Part shown: positions 54,211 to 64,000 of the stretch, piece after piece
Layout of the letters: every line of letters starts with the position of its first letter
Numbering within the stretch: the first letter of the stretch is position 1
Assembly: GCA_038062745.1 (NCBI GenBank)
Contig: JBBTWO010000012.1
Location: 249 to 64,248 of the forward strand
DNA length: 64,000 nucleotides
Direction: 5' to 3'
Source: Patescibacteria group bacterium
GTDB lineage: Bacteria > Patescibacteriota > Microgenomatia > UBA8517
Program-made: the position numbers and the translations under genes
Notes under the pieces: model-generated
Database searches by the model: none
The model's input: only the letters and a program-made list of their open reading frames with translations
Told to the model about the DNA's origin: nothing

Positions 54211-55692
54211 GTGAAGGCTCTTTGGAACAAGATTATCTCCAAAATTGATACCCCAGTTTGGCTCGAGTGGTTGTTTGGTGTTGTCTTCTTGTTTCGCATT
54301 CCAAGTTTTTTTGAAGCCTATTCATATGGAGATGAAATGATTTATCTGGTTTTGGGTAATGGCATCCGCCAGGGATTGACTCTTTACAAAGACCTTCATG
54401 ACAATAAACCTCCTCTTCTTTACCTTACAGCAGCAATAGCGGGAAACCTTTTCTGGTTTAAAGTAATTTTGGCTTTCTGGAATTTAGTTACCATTTATTA
54501 TTTCTGGAAATTGGTGCGGCATTTATTTCCTAAAAATAGTCGATTGCAAAAGATTTCAACGTTTTTCTTTGCAGCTTTGACCACACTTCCAATTCTGGAG
54601 GGTAATATTGCCAATGCAGAACTTTTTTTCATCGGCCCAATAATTATTGGTTTTTGGCTTCTATTATCTAAAACAGCCACTTTTAAAAATCTTTTTGTCA
54701 GCGGGGTACTGTTTTCTATCGCAGCCCTTTTTAAACTCCCAGCTGCAATTGATATGGGTGTGATTTTAGTCTATTGGTTATTAACAGCCGAGCTTAATTT
54801 TCAAACATTACTAAAAATAGTCAAAAAATTCTCAATTGTCTTACTTGGTTTCAGCATACCAATTCTCCTAAGTTTTGGTTGGTATTATTTACGTGGAGCA
54901 TTGGTTGAATATTGGTTAGCAGCATTCATGCAAAACATTGGCTACCTGTCTTCCTTTAGACCGGGAGATATTCAACAACCCTTCTTTATTCGCAATCTAC
55001 CACTAATCATCCGTGGATTAATTGTACTTTTGGGATTCGCAATCTTATTTTGGAAAAGAAACAAATTATCCAAACAATTTATTTTTGTGACTGTTTGGTT
55101 AGTCATTTCTTTATTTGGAGTTACTTTGTCAGAACGCCCTTACCCACACTACCTTATTCAAGCACTCGCCAGTACTTGTATTTTTATTGGTATTTTAGTA
55201 GCTTCAAAAACCATCGAACAAATGTATTCAATCATTGCTTTAACCTTAGTTGTCTTAGTACCTGTGGTGTACAATTTTTACTATTACAGCCCAATTACCC
55301 AATATCAAAGGTTTATCAAATTCAGCACAGGAATAACCAATAAGCAACAATACTTTAATGAATTTGACGGCAATACTGCCAGAAATTACAAAGTAGCTGA
55401 GTTTCTAGTCAAATCCAGCAAACCAACAGACAAAGTCTTGGTCTGGGGAGATGGGACACCAATCTATGCTATCTCAAAAAGATTTCCTCCTCTAAAGTAT
55501 GTAGCCGGTTATCACATCTCTGACTTTTCAACTCCTGAGCAAGTAATGAAAAGCATATCTACCCAGCCTCCGAAATTTGTTATCTTCACTCCTGAAACGA
55601 AACCCTTCCCCGCACTAACGAATTTTGTGGAGCAATATTACATTCCTGTAGAGCAAATTGACAATGTTAAAATTTATGCTCTAATCAGATAA
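54211..55692 (+). CDS. GT-C glycosyltransferase (ArnT-like)
   Basis: GDEMIY, LYKDLHDNKPP, ANAELFF, PYPHYLIQ. Confidence 0.85.
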   Translation: MKALWNKIISKIDTPVWLEWLFGVVFLFRIPSFFEAYSYGDEMIYLVLGNGIRQGLTLYKDLHDNKPPLLYLTAAIAGNLFWFKVILAFWNLVTIYYFWKLVRHLFPKNSRLQKISTFFFAALTTLPILEGNIANAELFFIGPIIIGFWLLLSKTATFKNLFVSGVLFSIAALFKLPAAIDMGVILVYWLLTAELNFQTLLKIVKKFSIVLLGFSIPILLSFGWYYLRGALVEYWLAAFMQNIGYLSSFRPGDIQQPFFIRNLPLIIRGLIVLLGFAILFWKRNKLSKQFIFVTVWLVISLFGVTLSERPYPHYLIQALASTCIFIGILVASKTIEQMYSIIALTLVVLVPVVYNFYYYSPITQYQRFIKFSTGITNKQQYFNEFDGNTARNYKVAEFLVKSSKPTDKVLVWGDGTPIYAISKRFPPLKYVAGYHISDFSTPEQVMKSISTQPPKFVIFTPETKPFPALTNFVEQYYIPVEQIDNVKIYALIR

Positions 55693-56036
55693 TGAAAAAA
55701 ATCTTAAATTTTAATTTTGCCTACAAAAAAACTTTAATCAGCTTTTTAATTATAAACTTACTAGGCATTCTGGCAGTATTAATAATTCAAAATAAATTGC
55801 CCCCTGTGGTTCCACTTCTTTATGGCTTGCCCAAAGGTGAAGATCAGCTAGTACCTAAGATTTTCTTAACAGTTCCCTTTGCAGTTTCTGAAATAATTAC
55901 CCTCATTAATATTATCTTAATAAAAACACTCAAAGAGAGTTTTTCTCAGAAAGCACTGCTATATATAACCGTTGCTATTTGTTCACTATCTTTTATAACA
56001 GTTCTAAAGATTAGTCTTTTGATAGGGAGCTTTTAA
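55692..56036 (+). CDS. Small 3-TM membrane protein (DUF1648-like)
   Basis: LPPVVPLLYGLP.GEDQL loop between TM helices. Confidence 0.7.
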   Translation: MKKILNFNFAYKKTLISFLIINLLGILAVLIIQNKLPPVVPLLYGLPKGEDQLVPKIFLTVPFAVSEIITLINIILIKTLKESFSQKALLYITVAICSLSFITVLKISLLIGSF

Positions 56037-56037
56037 T

Positions 56038-57135
56038 ATGAGTAACTGGATCGTTGTTTTTGTAACTGCAGTCTTAGCCTCTTTTTTGTCGACACCATTG
56101 GTCATTAAATTTGCTTGGAAAGCAGGACTTATTGATGACCCCAAGAAAAACAAACACATCAAAGTAATTCACACCGTTCCAACTCCTCGAGCTGGAGGTT
56201 TAGCTTTGTTTATTGGTGTTATTCTTCCAGCCTTAATCTTCCTACCTCTGGATAAACATCTAATTGGAATTTTGGTTGGGGCAATCATCTTGGTTGTTAT
56301 GGGTCTGGCTGATGATAAATGGAACTTGAATCCCTACTTACGACTTGGAATTCAATTCGCAGCAGTATCTATTCCGATAGCAGCAGGGATTGGAATTGCT
56401 TTTGTTACAAATCCCTTAACTGGTGGAATTATTGATTTGTCTCATCCACAAATAGTTTTTAATTTATTCGGAGATCAAAAAAGTATCTGGGTATTGTCTG
56501 ATTTGTTTGCTCTGGTTTGGATTGTGACCCTCATGAACTTTATTAACTTTGGAGCTAAAGGAGTTGATGGCCAACTGCCAGGAGTAATTACCATTGCGGC
56601 TTTCGCTGTAGCAATTATTTCTTTAGGATTTAGTGCTGACATTACCCAATGGCCAGTTATTATTTTAGCTTTAATTACTGCGGGTTCATTCTTAGGATTT
56701 CTTCCTTGGAATGCTTACCCACAAAAAATAATGCCTGGATTTGGCGGGTCTAACCTAGCAGGTTACTTATTAGCAATCTTGTCAATCTTAGCGACTGCAA
56801 AAGTAGGAACATTGGCAGTTGTTTTAGCAGTACCTTTAATTGATACAGGGTATGTACTTATTAGAAGAATTGCCTCTGGTGAGTCACCTGTCTGGGGAGA
56901 TAGAAGACATTTGCATCACAAACTTCTTGACCTGGGATGGTCAAAACTTCAAGTGTCTGGCTTTTACTGGGCGATTACTTTTGTCCTAGCAATCTTAGCG
57001 ATAAATTTGAATGCCAAGAACAAACTATATACAATTGTAGGAGTTGCAGTTGCTTTGGCGGGTTTTTTACTTTGGGTTACCAATAAAAATAATCTGAAAG
57101 CTTTGCATATTAAATATAAATTAAATAAAAAATGA
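56038..57135 (+). CDS. WecA/TagO-like polyprenyl-phosphate HexNAc-1-phosphate transferase (MraY family)
   Basis: H..PTPRAGG, GLADD, NF..KGVDG, FLPWN.YP, DRRHLHHKL. Confidence 0.9.
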   Translation: MSNWIVVFVTAVLASFLSTPLVIKFAWKAGLIDDPKKNKHIKVIHTVPTPRAGGLALFIGVILPALIFLPLDKHLIGILVGAIILVVMGLADDKWNLNPYLRLGIQFAAVSIPIAAGIGIAFVTNPLTGGIIDLSHPQIVFNLFGDQKSIWVLSDLFALVWIVTLMNFINFGAKGVDGQLPGVITIAAFAVAIISLGFSADITQWPVIILALITAGSFLGFLPWNAYPQKIMPGFGGSNLAGYLLAILSILATAKVGTLAVVLAVPLIDTGYVLIRRIASGESPVWGDRRHLHHKLLDLGWSKLQVSGFYWAITFVLAILAINLNAKNKLYTIVGVAVALAGFLLWVTNKNNLKALHIKYKLNKK

Positions 57136-58070
57136 ACGATATATTTCCTGTTATTCCAGCCATCAAAGCCTTAAGACCAACTCACTGGACAAAGAATTTG
57201 GCTTTGTTTGCTGCTTTGATTTTCTCAGGCCAATTAGACAATCCTCTGTCATTTACTAAAGTTGTCTGGGCATTCGTGGCTTTTAATTTTATTACCAGTG
57301 CAACCTACATTTTTAACGATTTATTGGATGTTAAAAGAGACAGGTTACACCCTATAAAGAAAAATAGACCAATTGCCAGTGGGAAACTGTCAGTCGAATA
57401 TGCAATCTTGGAAATGTTTATAGTATTGTTTGTGGGTTTAATCTTGGCTGAAATTATTTCCCATCTTTTGTTTACTTTAATAATTGGTTACCTGGTACTC
57501 CAGGTTTTATACACTTTGTTTTTGAAACACCTACCAATTATCGATATTCTAATCATCGCTTCTGGATTTGTAATTCGAGTTTACGCTGGAGCATTTATAA
57601 TTGATGCTCATTTGTCAGTTTGGTTTCTGCTGTGCGTCATCTCCGTTGCTTTGTTTCTAGCTTCTGGAAAAAGGCGCGCAGAACTGCAAATTGTTGATGG
57701 TGCAAAAACCCGCGAAAGCTTGCAAAAGTATCCAACAGAACTACTCAATTCCTACGTAACCATGTTTGGTAATGCAGCTTGGATGAGTTGGGCGTTATTT
57801 ACTTTCTTTGAAAGCCCTAAGGCCAATGCAAACTTATGGTTATTTTTAGCAGAATTGTCCAAAACCACCACAATTAACAAACTTCTGATGGCCACAATAC
57901 CTGTTACTATCTTTGCGATTATGCGATACCAGAGCTTAATCTTTGGAGGTAAGTCAGAAGCTCCAGAAAAGGTACTCTTAACAGACATCCCTTTGGTTAC
58001 CTCAGTTGGCATTTGGGTACTAATGGTAGTTTGGATCCTGTACAGCGGTGCTTCCAACTTTTCAATTTAA
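57132..58070 (+). CDS. UbiA-family decaprenyl-phosphate phosphoribosyltransferase-like protein
   Basis: RPTHWTKN, YIFNDLLDV.RDR.HP.KK.RPIASG, GFVIRVYAG, KRRAEL. Confidence 0.88.
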   Translation: MNDIFPVIPAIKALRPTHWTKNLALFAALIFSGQLDNPLSFTKVVWAFVAFNFITSATYIFNDLLDVKRDRLHPIKKNRPIASGKLSVEYAILEMFIVLFVGLILAEIISHLLFTLIIGYLVLQVLYTLFLKHLPIIDILIIASGFVIRVYAGAFIIDAHLSVWFLLCVISVALFLASGKRRAELQIVDGAKTRESLQKYPTELLNSYVTMFGNAAWMSWALFTFFESPKANANLWLFLAELSKTTTINKLLMATIPVTIFAIMRYQSLIFGGKSEAPEKVLLTDIPLVTSVGIWVLMVVWILYSGASNFSI

Positions 58071-58078
58071 ACAAGAGA

Positions 58079-58906
58079 TTATTCTTCAACTACTTTTGAA
58101 TACTGGCCTGATACCCAACCAAAGGAATTGTTGAATTCTATTTTGTGCCAACTGTTATCTTGGTTTGATTCTAGATATTTATAAGTTTCACCAACGTTTA
58201 CTTGGCCTAATTCCGTGGATGAAGAACTTGGATCTTGTCTGACTTTTAAAAATCCCGTTGGAGTATCTAATATCTGAACTTGTTTGGCAGCCAAGGCAAC
58301 AGGTGAAGAGCTGGGGACTGGACTAGCAGAAGCAATAGGAATAAATGCAGTATCAACTGCCAATGAAAATAAAACTACAGTTCTAAGTCCTGGTTTGACA
58401 TCAATTTCTACATTTTGATTTTCGTAACCGACAAATTCGGATTCAATGGTATGTTTTCCTGGACTCAAGATTGTCTTTACAGGACTGAAACCTCTAACTT
58501 GGCCATCAATCTCTATTTTTGACAGGTTTGGGGTTGAAACAATTGATACTTGAGGCTCAGATGTATCAGACCTATCAAAGTAAACTACATTGCTGGCATT
58601 TGCTCCTTGGGCAAAAACTATATTCACCAAAGAAGTGGTGTTTGGGTAAACATCAATACTGGTCTCAAAAGGAACGAAAGTATTTGCATTGGCAACAACC
58701 TTTAACTGAGAAACTCCAGTGTTAACCTTGATTTTTATAGGAGTCTGGCCTTTAAACTTATTATCCAAAAAAACTGAAGAGGCAACTGAAGAATTAACGC
58801 TGACAAAAGAGGTCTTAACCAAGATAAATTTATTAAGCAAAAACACACTCAAAACAAGCAAGACAACAATCAAAACGGTAAGAATCAGATTTTGTATTTT
58901 TTCCAT
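58079..58906 (-). CDS. PEGA and SH3-like domain membrane-anchored protein
   Basis: VFLDNKFKGQTP and IEIDGQVRGFSP PEGA repeats; C-terminal FLKVRQDPS...GWVSGQY. Confidence 0.85.
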   Translation of the reverse strand: MEKIQNLILTVLIVVLLVLSVFLLNKFILVKTSFVSVNSSVASSVFLDNKFKGQTPIKIKVNTGVSQLKVVANANTFVPFETSIDVYPNTTSLVNIVFAQGANASNVVYFDRSDTSEPQVSIVSTPNLSKIEIDGQVRGFSPVKTILSPGKHTIESEFVGYENQNVEIDVKPGLRTVVLFSLAVDTAFIPIASASPVPSSSPVALAAKQVQILDTPTGFLKVRQDPSSSSTELGQVNVGETYKYLESNQDNSWHKIEFNNSFGWVSGQYSKVVEE

Positions 58907-59042
58907 TTAGAAGTCCAAGCTTAACAAAGATCATTTACAATAACAAATATGTCTGAGTCGCACAATGTAGTTATTATTTGTTACTTGGCTTATTCCTGCT
59001 CAGCCTTAAAATCCAATTTGTGTGATAAAATAATCAAGTTAA

Positions 59043-59116
59043 GACCTGGTGCTTGAACGGTCAAAGATCGGTCTGCAAAACCGCTTAAATGGGTTCGACT
59101 CCCATCCAGGTCTCCA
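59043..59116 (+). tRNA. tRNA-Cys (GCA)
   Basis: GACCTGG/CCAGGTC acceptor stem, anticodon loop CT-GCA-AA, GGTTCGACTCC T arm, U73 and encoded CCA. Confidence 0.95.
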
Positions 59117-59217
59117 AATAAAATAGTAGTCCAATTTGGCAAAATAATGCCCAAAATATGGGACAGAAGACTGTCTAAGTTTGCAGGCCAAAAGCCGTCT
59201 TTTATGTCCCATAATAC

Positions 59218-59246
59218 TTGACATTCTCAACCTTCCCACCTATACT
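59218..59246 (+). promoter_or_regulatory. sigma70 promoter upstream of the M23 peptidase leader
   Basis: TTGACA-N17-TATACT. Confidence 0.8.
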
Positions 59247-59394
59247 ACTCCCACTCTCGTCTAATGCAGCCTAAAGCTAAATTAGATATAAACGAGAGTT
59301 TTTTGATGCTTTTTTAGCGTGAAAGCCAAAAGAGTATCCACTGTTCTAGCCTCGGCTAGAGGGGTGAAAAAGCCTCGGTTAACCCCGAGGAACC

Positions 59395-60081
59395 ATGAGT
59401 AAAATCATCTTACAACTACCCATCAGACGCCGCTCAGAGCTTAAATTAAGCAAGAGCAGGACAGATGCCTCATTGCATAAAAAACACCTCATCAGTTGCC
59501 TTACAGAGCTTAGGCATGTACGCTCAGGAAACAAGGTGTCCAGGGTATTTAGACATATTTTTGAACACAAAAATATCAAGAAAATATTGGGGTCAAATAT
59601 TGCCTTAGCAATCGTGGCCACATCAGTTGTTCCAGCGACTACTACTGCTGCCAGTTTGCCTAACAGCACGCCAATAATTATTAAGCAAGCACAAGGACCA
59701 TTGGTTACCAATATTGAAGGTACTAGACTTCCAGTTAAAATTTTGAAGTTGACCCAAAGATATTGGTTTGCACACCAAGGAGTAGATTTGGATGGAGAAA
59801 CCGGAGATGCAGTTACACCAATTAAAGACGGGGCTGTAATTTCAGTTATCTATTCCAGAGTCTCATATGGTAACCATGTTATTATTGATCACGGAAATGG
59901 AGCCACTTCCCTATATGCCCATTTGTCCAAAGTGTTTGTAAAAGAAGGCGATCATGTAACTGTTGACCAAACTATTGGTTTGATGGGTTCAACCGGTAGA
60001 TCCACTGGATCTCATTTACATTTGGAGGTTAGACAAAACGGAAAGACGATTGACCCTTTGAAAGTTATTCCTCAAAACTAA
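59395..60081 (+). CDS. M23 family peptidoglycan endopeptidase
   Basis: HQGVDL (HxxxD), YGNHVIIDH, LYAHLS, GSTGRSTGSHLHLEV (HxH). Confidence 0.92.
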   Translation: MSKIILQLPIRRRSELKLSKSRTDASLHKKHLISCLTELRHVRSGNKVSRVFRHIFEHKNIKKILGSNIALAIVATSVVPATTTAASLPNSTPIIIKQAQGPLVTNIEGTRLPVKILKLTQRYWFAHQGVDLDGETGDAVTPIKDGAVISVIYSRVSYGNHVIIDHGNGATSLYAHLSKVFVKEGDHVTVDQTIGLMGSTGRSTGSHLHLEVRQNGKTIDPLKVIPQN

Positions 60082-60091
60082 CCTTTTGTCG

Positions 60092-60688
60092 CTAGGTATT
60101 GTCGAGTGATTTCCAAATATACCAACTAGCAACTGTTCTGTAAGGTTTCCAACTCTGAGACATTTCCACCATTTGTTCTTGGTTTAGTTCTTGATTGTTT
60201 AATAGTTTTCTTAAGCCATTTCTAATACCCAAATCACCAATTGGAAATACATCAGCACGAGCCAAGGTAAACATCAAAAACATGTCAGCAGTCCATTGAC
60301 CAATACCCCTTACAGCTGTTAATTCTCTGGAAACTTCTTCATCGGTTAGTTTGTCCAATTCATTTGCTTTAAGTCTGCCATCAAGTGTTCTTTGTGATAG
60401 ATCCTTAATGTATTTAATTTTAGCCCATGAAATTCCACAATCGCGTATTTCCTGGTCTTGTAAGGCAAGTATGTTTTGTGGGGTTATATCTCCACTTAGT
60501 TTGTCAGTTAATCTTTTGTAAATTGTGGCTGCAGCCTTAATGGATAACTGTTGGCTAACAATAGCGTCAACCAAATCAATAAAATAGTTGTCATGATGTC
60601 TAATGGCTATTTGACAGGAACCATATTTTTTAATTAGGGAACCAATGATTTTATCTTTAGAAAGAAAGTCTTGGGCTTTTTTCCACAT
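60092..60688 (-). CDS. DNA-3-methyladenine glycosylase II (AlkA family)
   Basis: IVSQQLS.KAA, RGIGQWTADMFLMF, FPIGDLG, WKPYRTVASWYIW. Confidence 0.92.
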   Translation of the reverse strand: MWKKAQDFLSKDKIIGSLIKKYGSCQIAIRHHDNYFIDLVDAIVSQQLSIKAAATIYKRLTDKLSGDITPQNILALQDQEIRDCGISWAKIKYIKDLSQRTLDGRLKANELDKLTDEEVSRELTAVRGIGQWTADMFLMFTLARADVFPIGDLGIRNGLRKLLNNQELNQEQMVEMSQSWKPYRTVASWYIWKSLDNT

Positions 60689-60697
60689 CTTTGAAGT

Positions 60698-61333
60698 TTA
60701 CTTTGAACCAACAGTAATAACTATGTCGAAACTACTTGTGGTCTTAAGGTTCTCTCCAACTTCAATCTTATAGGTATCAGATAAAGCATTTTTAAGCATG
60801 TCAACGACTGAATCTGAAACACCTTCTTTAACGGCAATTACGGTTTCTTCAAAATCAAAAGTTGCAGCATTTCCAGTTGCAGCAACTTTAAAACCTTCTT
60901 TTTCAATAGCTGTCTTAACTTTTCCTGCCTCCCCTATTTTTCCACTACCGTTTAAAATGTTAACTTTTAATTTACTGACATCAACCTTTTCTTCTGGTGT
61001 TGGACTTGGTTGAGTTTCATCTGTTGGTATTTGGGTTGCCAGTGGGGTGGGGTCTAATGGGGTTGAGTCGGTGGTTCCTTGGGTATAAACATATACTCCG
61101 CCAACTAACAAAGCTACCACTAGGGCCACTAAAATCATTACTAAAACAAAAGTTAACTTACTACCCTTTTTCCTCTCAGATTCCATAGGAGAAGACGGCA
61201 TTATTCCAATATCTGGTGCTTTCACCTCTTCAAAACCATTATTGTCTTTTGCTTCTTCAGAAATAATACTATCAACCTCCCCATCTTGTTCAACAACAAC
61301 AGGAATTATTCTTTTCTTTTCATTATCATCCAT
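60698..61333 (-). CDS. LytR C-terminal domain membrane protein
   Basis: TM plus PT linker; VNILNGSGKIGEAG, GF.V..TGNA, DIVITVG. Confidence 0.85.
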   Translation of the reverse strand: MDDNEKKRIIPVVVEQDGEVDSIISEEAKDNNGFEEVKAPDIGIMPSSPMESERKKGSKLTFVLVMILVALVVALLVGGVYVYTQGTTDSTPLDPTPLATQIPTDETQPSPTPEEKVDVSKLKVNILNGSGKIGEAGKVKTAIEKEGFKVAATGNAATFDFEETVIAVKEGVSDSVVDMLKNALSDTYKIEVGENLKTTSSFDIVITVGSK

Positions 61334-61359
61334 ATAGATTTATTTTAGTTGATTGACCT

Positions 61360-63283
<1,924 letters not shown>

Positions 63284-63284
63284 T

Positions 63285-63587
63285 TTAGTCCTCTGATTCT
63301 AAATCAAACTTTCCCAACTGAAAAGATCTAACTACTTGATCCCAGTACTCTCCAAACCGTTCATAAGCAACAGAATTCTGAATAAGTTTAGCTCTCCTAC
63401 CGATTTCATCTAAATACATTTTTTCCATTCCTTTTATTTTTCCACTTGTAAAAAGGTTTGCAAGGTTCTCCCGATATGAATCTAGTGCAACAGCCGCCGT
63501 TGCCTCTGGTGAAGAATAATCAGGATTACGATCAAGAAAATTCTCCCTGTTTTTCATCAATATACCTCTAAAACCTTCTACTATCAT
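63285..63587 (-). CDS. Hypothetical protein, paralogue of 62993-63283
   Basis: ATGA overlap with the groES stop; same motifs as its neighbour. Confidence 0.8.
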   Translation of the reverse strand: MIVEGFRGILMKNRENFLDRNPDYSSPEATAAVALDSYRENLANLFTSGKIKGMEKMYLDEIGRRAKLIQNSVAYERFGEYWDQVVRSFQLGKFDLESED

Positions 63588-63898
63588 AGTTGAATCTCCG
63601 TTGCTAATATATCTTCAAATTTTACAAATAGATAATCTTTACCATTCATTTTTACTTCATTTCCACCCCATTTTTTATAAATTACAACATCTGCAGGTTT
63701 CACAGGAGAAGCTTTTGTACCTTTTTCTGTTACTTCTACATCTCCAATTGCGATTACAGTTCCCTTTTGAGGTTTCTCACTAGCAGAGTCTGGAAGATAA
63801 ATTCCTGAAACAGTTTGGGTTTGGGCACTAACTGGCTCAATTAAGATATATCCGGCAGCAGGTCTTAAATTAATTTTGCTGGAAGTTACTTTTGCCAT
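63584..63898 (-). CDS. groS: Co-chaperonin GroES
   Basis: SGIYLPDSASEKPQKGTVIAIG, KWGGNEVK, EDILA; start set at ATG 63898. Confidence 0.95.
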   Translation of the reverse strand: MAKVTSSKINLRPAAGYILIEPVSAQTQTVSGIYLPDSASEKPQKGTVIAIGDVEVTEKGTKASPVKPADVVIYKKWGGNEVKMNGKDYLFVKFEDILATEIQL

Positions 63899-63933
63899 AT
63901 TATTTGTGACTATAGGAAATTTACCAATTGTCG

Positions 63934-63960
63934 TTGGCATTGTCAAGTCTTGACTGCTTA
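63934..63960. promoter_or_regulatory. CIRCE-like element upstream of groES
   Basis: TTGGCATTG-N9-GACTGCTTA; more degenerate than the other two. Confidence 0.65.
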
Positions 63961-64000
63961 TTTAATAGCGCCATATTTACTTTTGGATTTTATTGATGTA

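Overview
AT-rich, gene-dense bacterial chromosome segment using the standard genetic code. The short infB and metG, the many GT-C glycosyltransferases, PilN/PilO, a free-standing LAGLIDADG gene and many apparently leaderless starts suggest a Patescibacteria (CPR) Microgenomates-type genome; this is inference. Most of the window is housekeeping: alaS (partial), ftsK, rnj, udg, pnp-rpsO, nusA-infB, hrcA-grpE-dnaK...dnaJ, murJ, rpsT, pcrA, two femABX genes, a helicase-nuclease, rmuC, metG, tRNA-Cys and groES/groEL, plus two envelope-glycosylation clusters. The most striking element is a ~3.5 kb cassette wedged between dnaK and dnaJ. It holds an operon of folE (GTP cyclohydrolase I), a CYTH-domain gene and an unknown 307-aa gene, ending in an 82-nt tRNA-shaped RNA (19004-18923, minus strand). 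That RNA has an alanine acceptor identity (G3:U70, A73), a UGC T-loop and a perfectly palindromic over-long anticodon arm, so it is a candidate non-translational aminoacyl carrier with its own enzymes. Other oddities: a Lon AAA+ module lacking the protease domain, two paralogous orphan genes embedded between groES and groEL, three CIRCE elements, a 21-bp-phased repeat array upstream of fic, a structured leader upstream of an M23 peptidase, a synonymous duplicate of a gene's last codons, and head-to-head overlapping start codons. No CRISPR array, rRNA, integrase or transposase was seen. All product calls come from reading motifs by eye; no database search was run.
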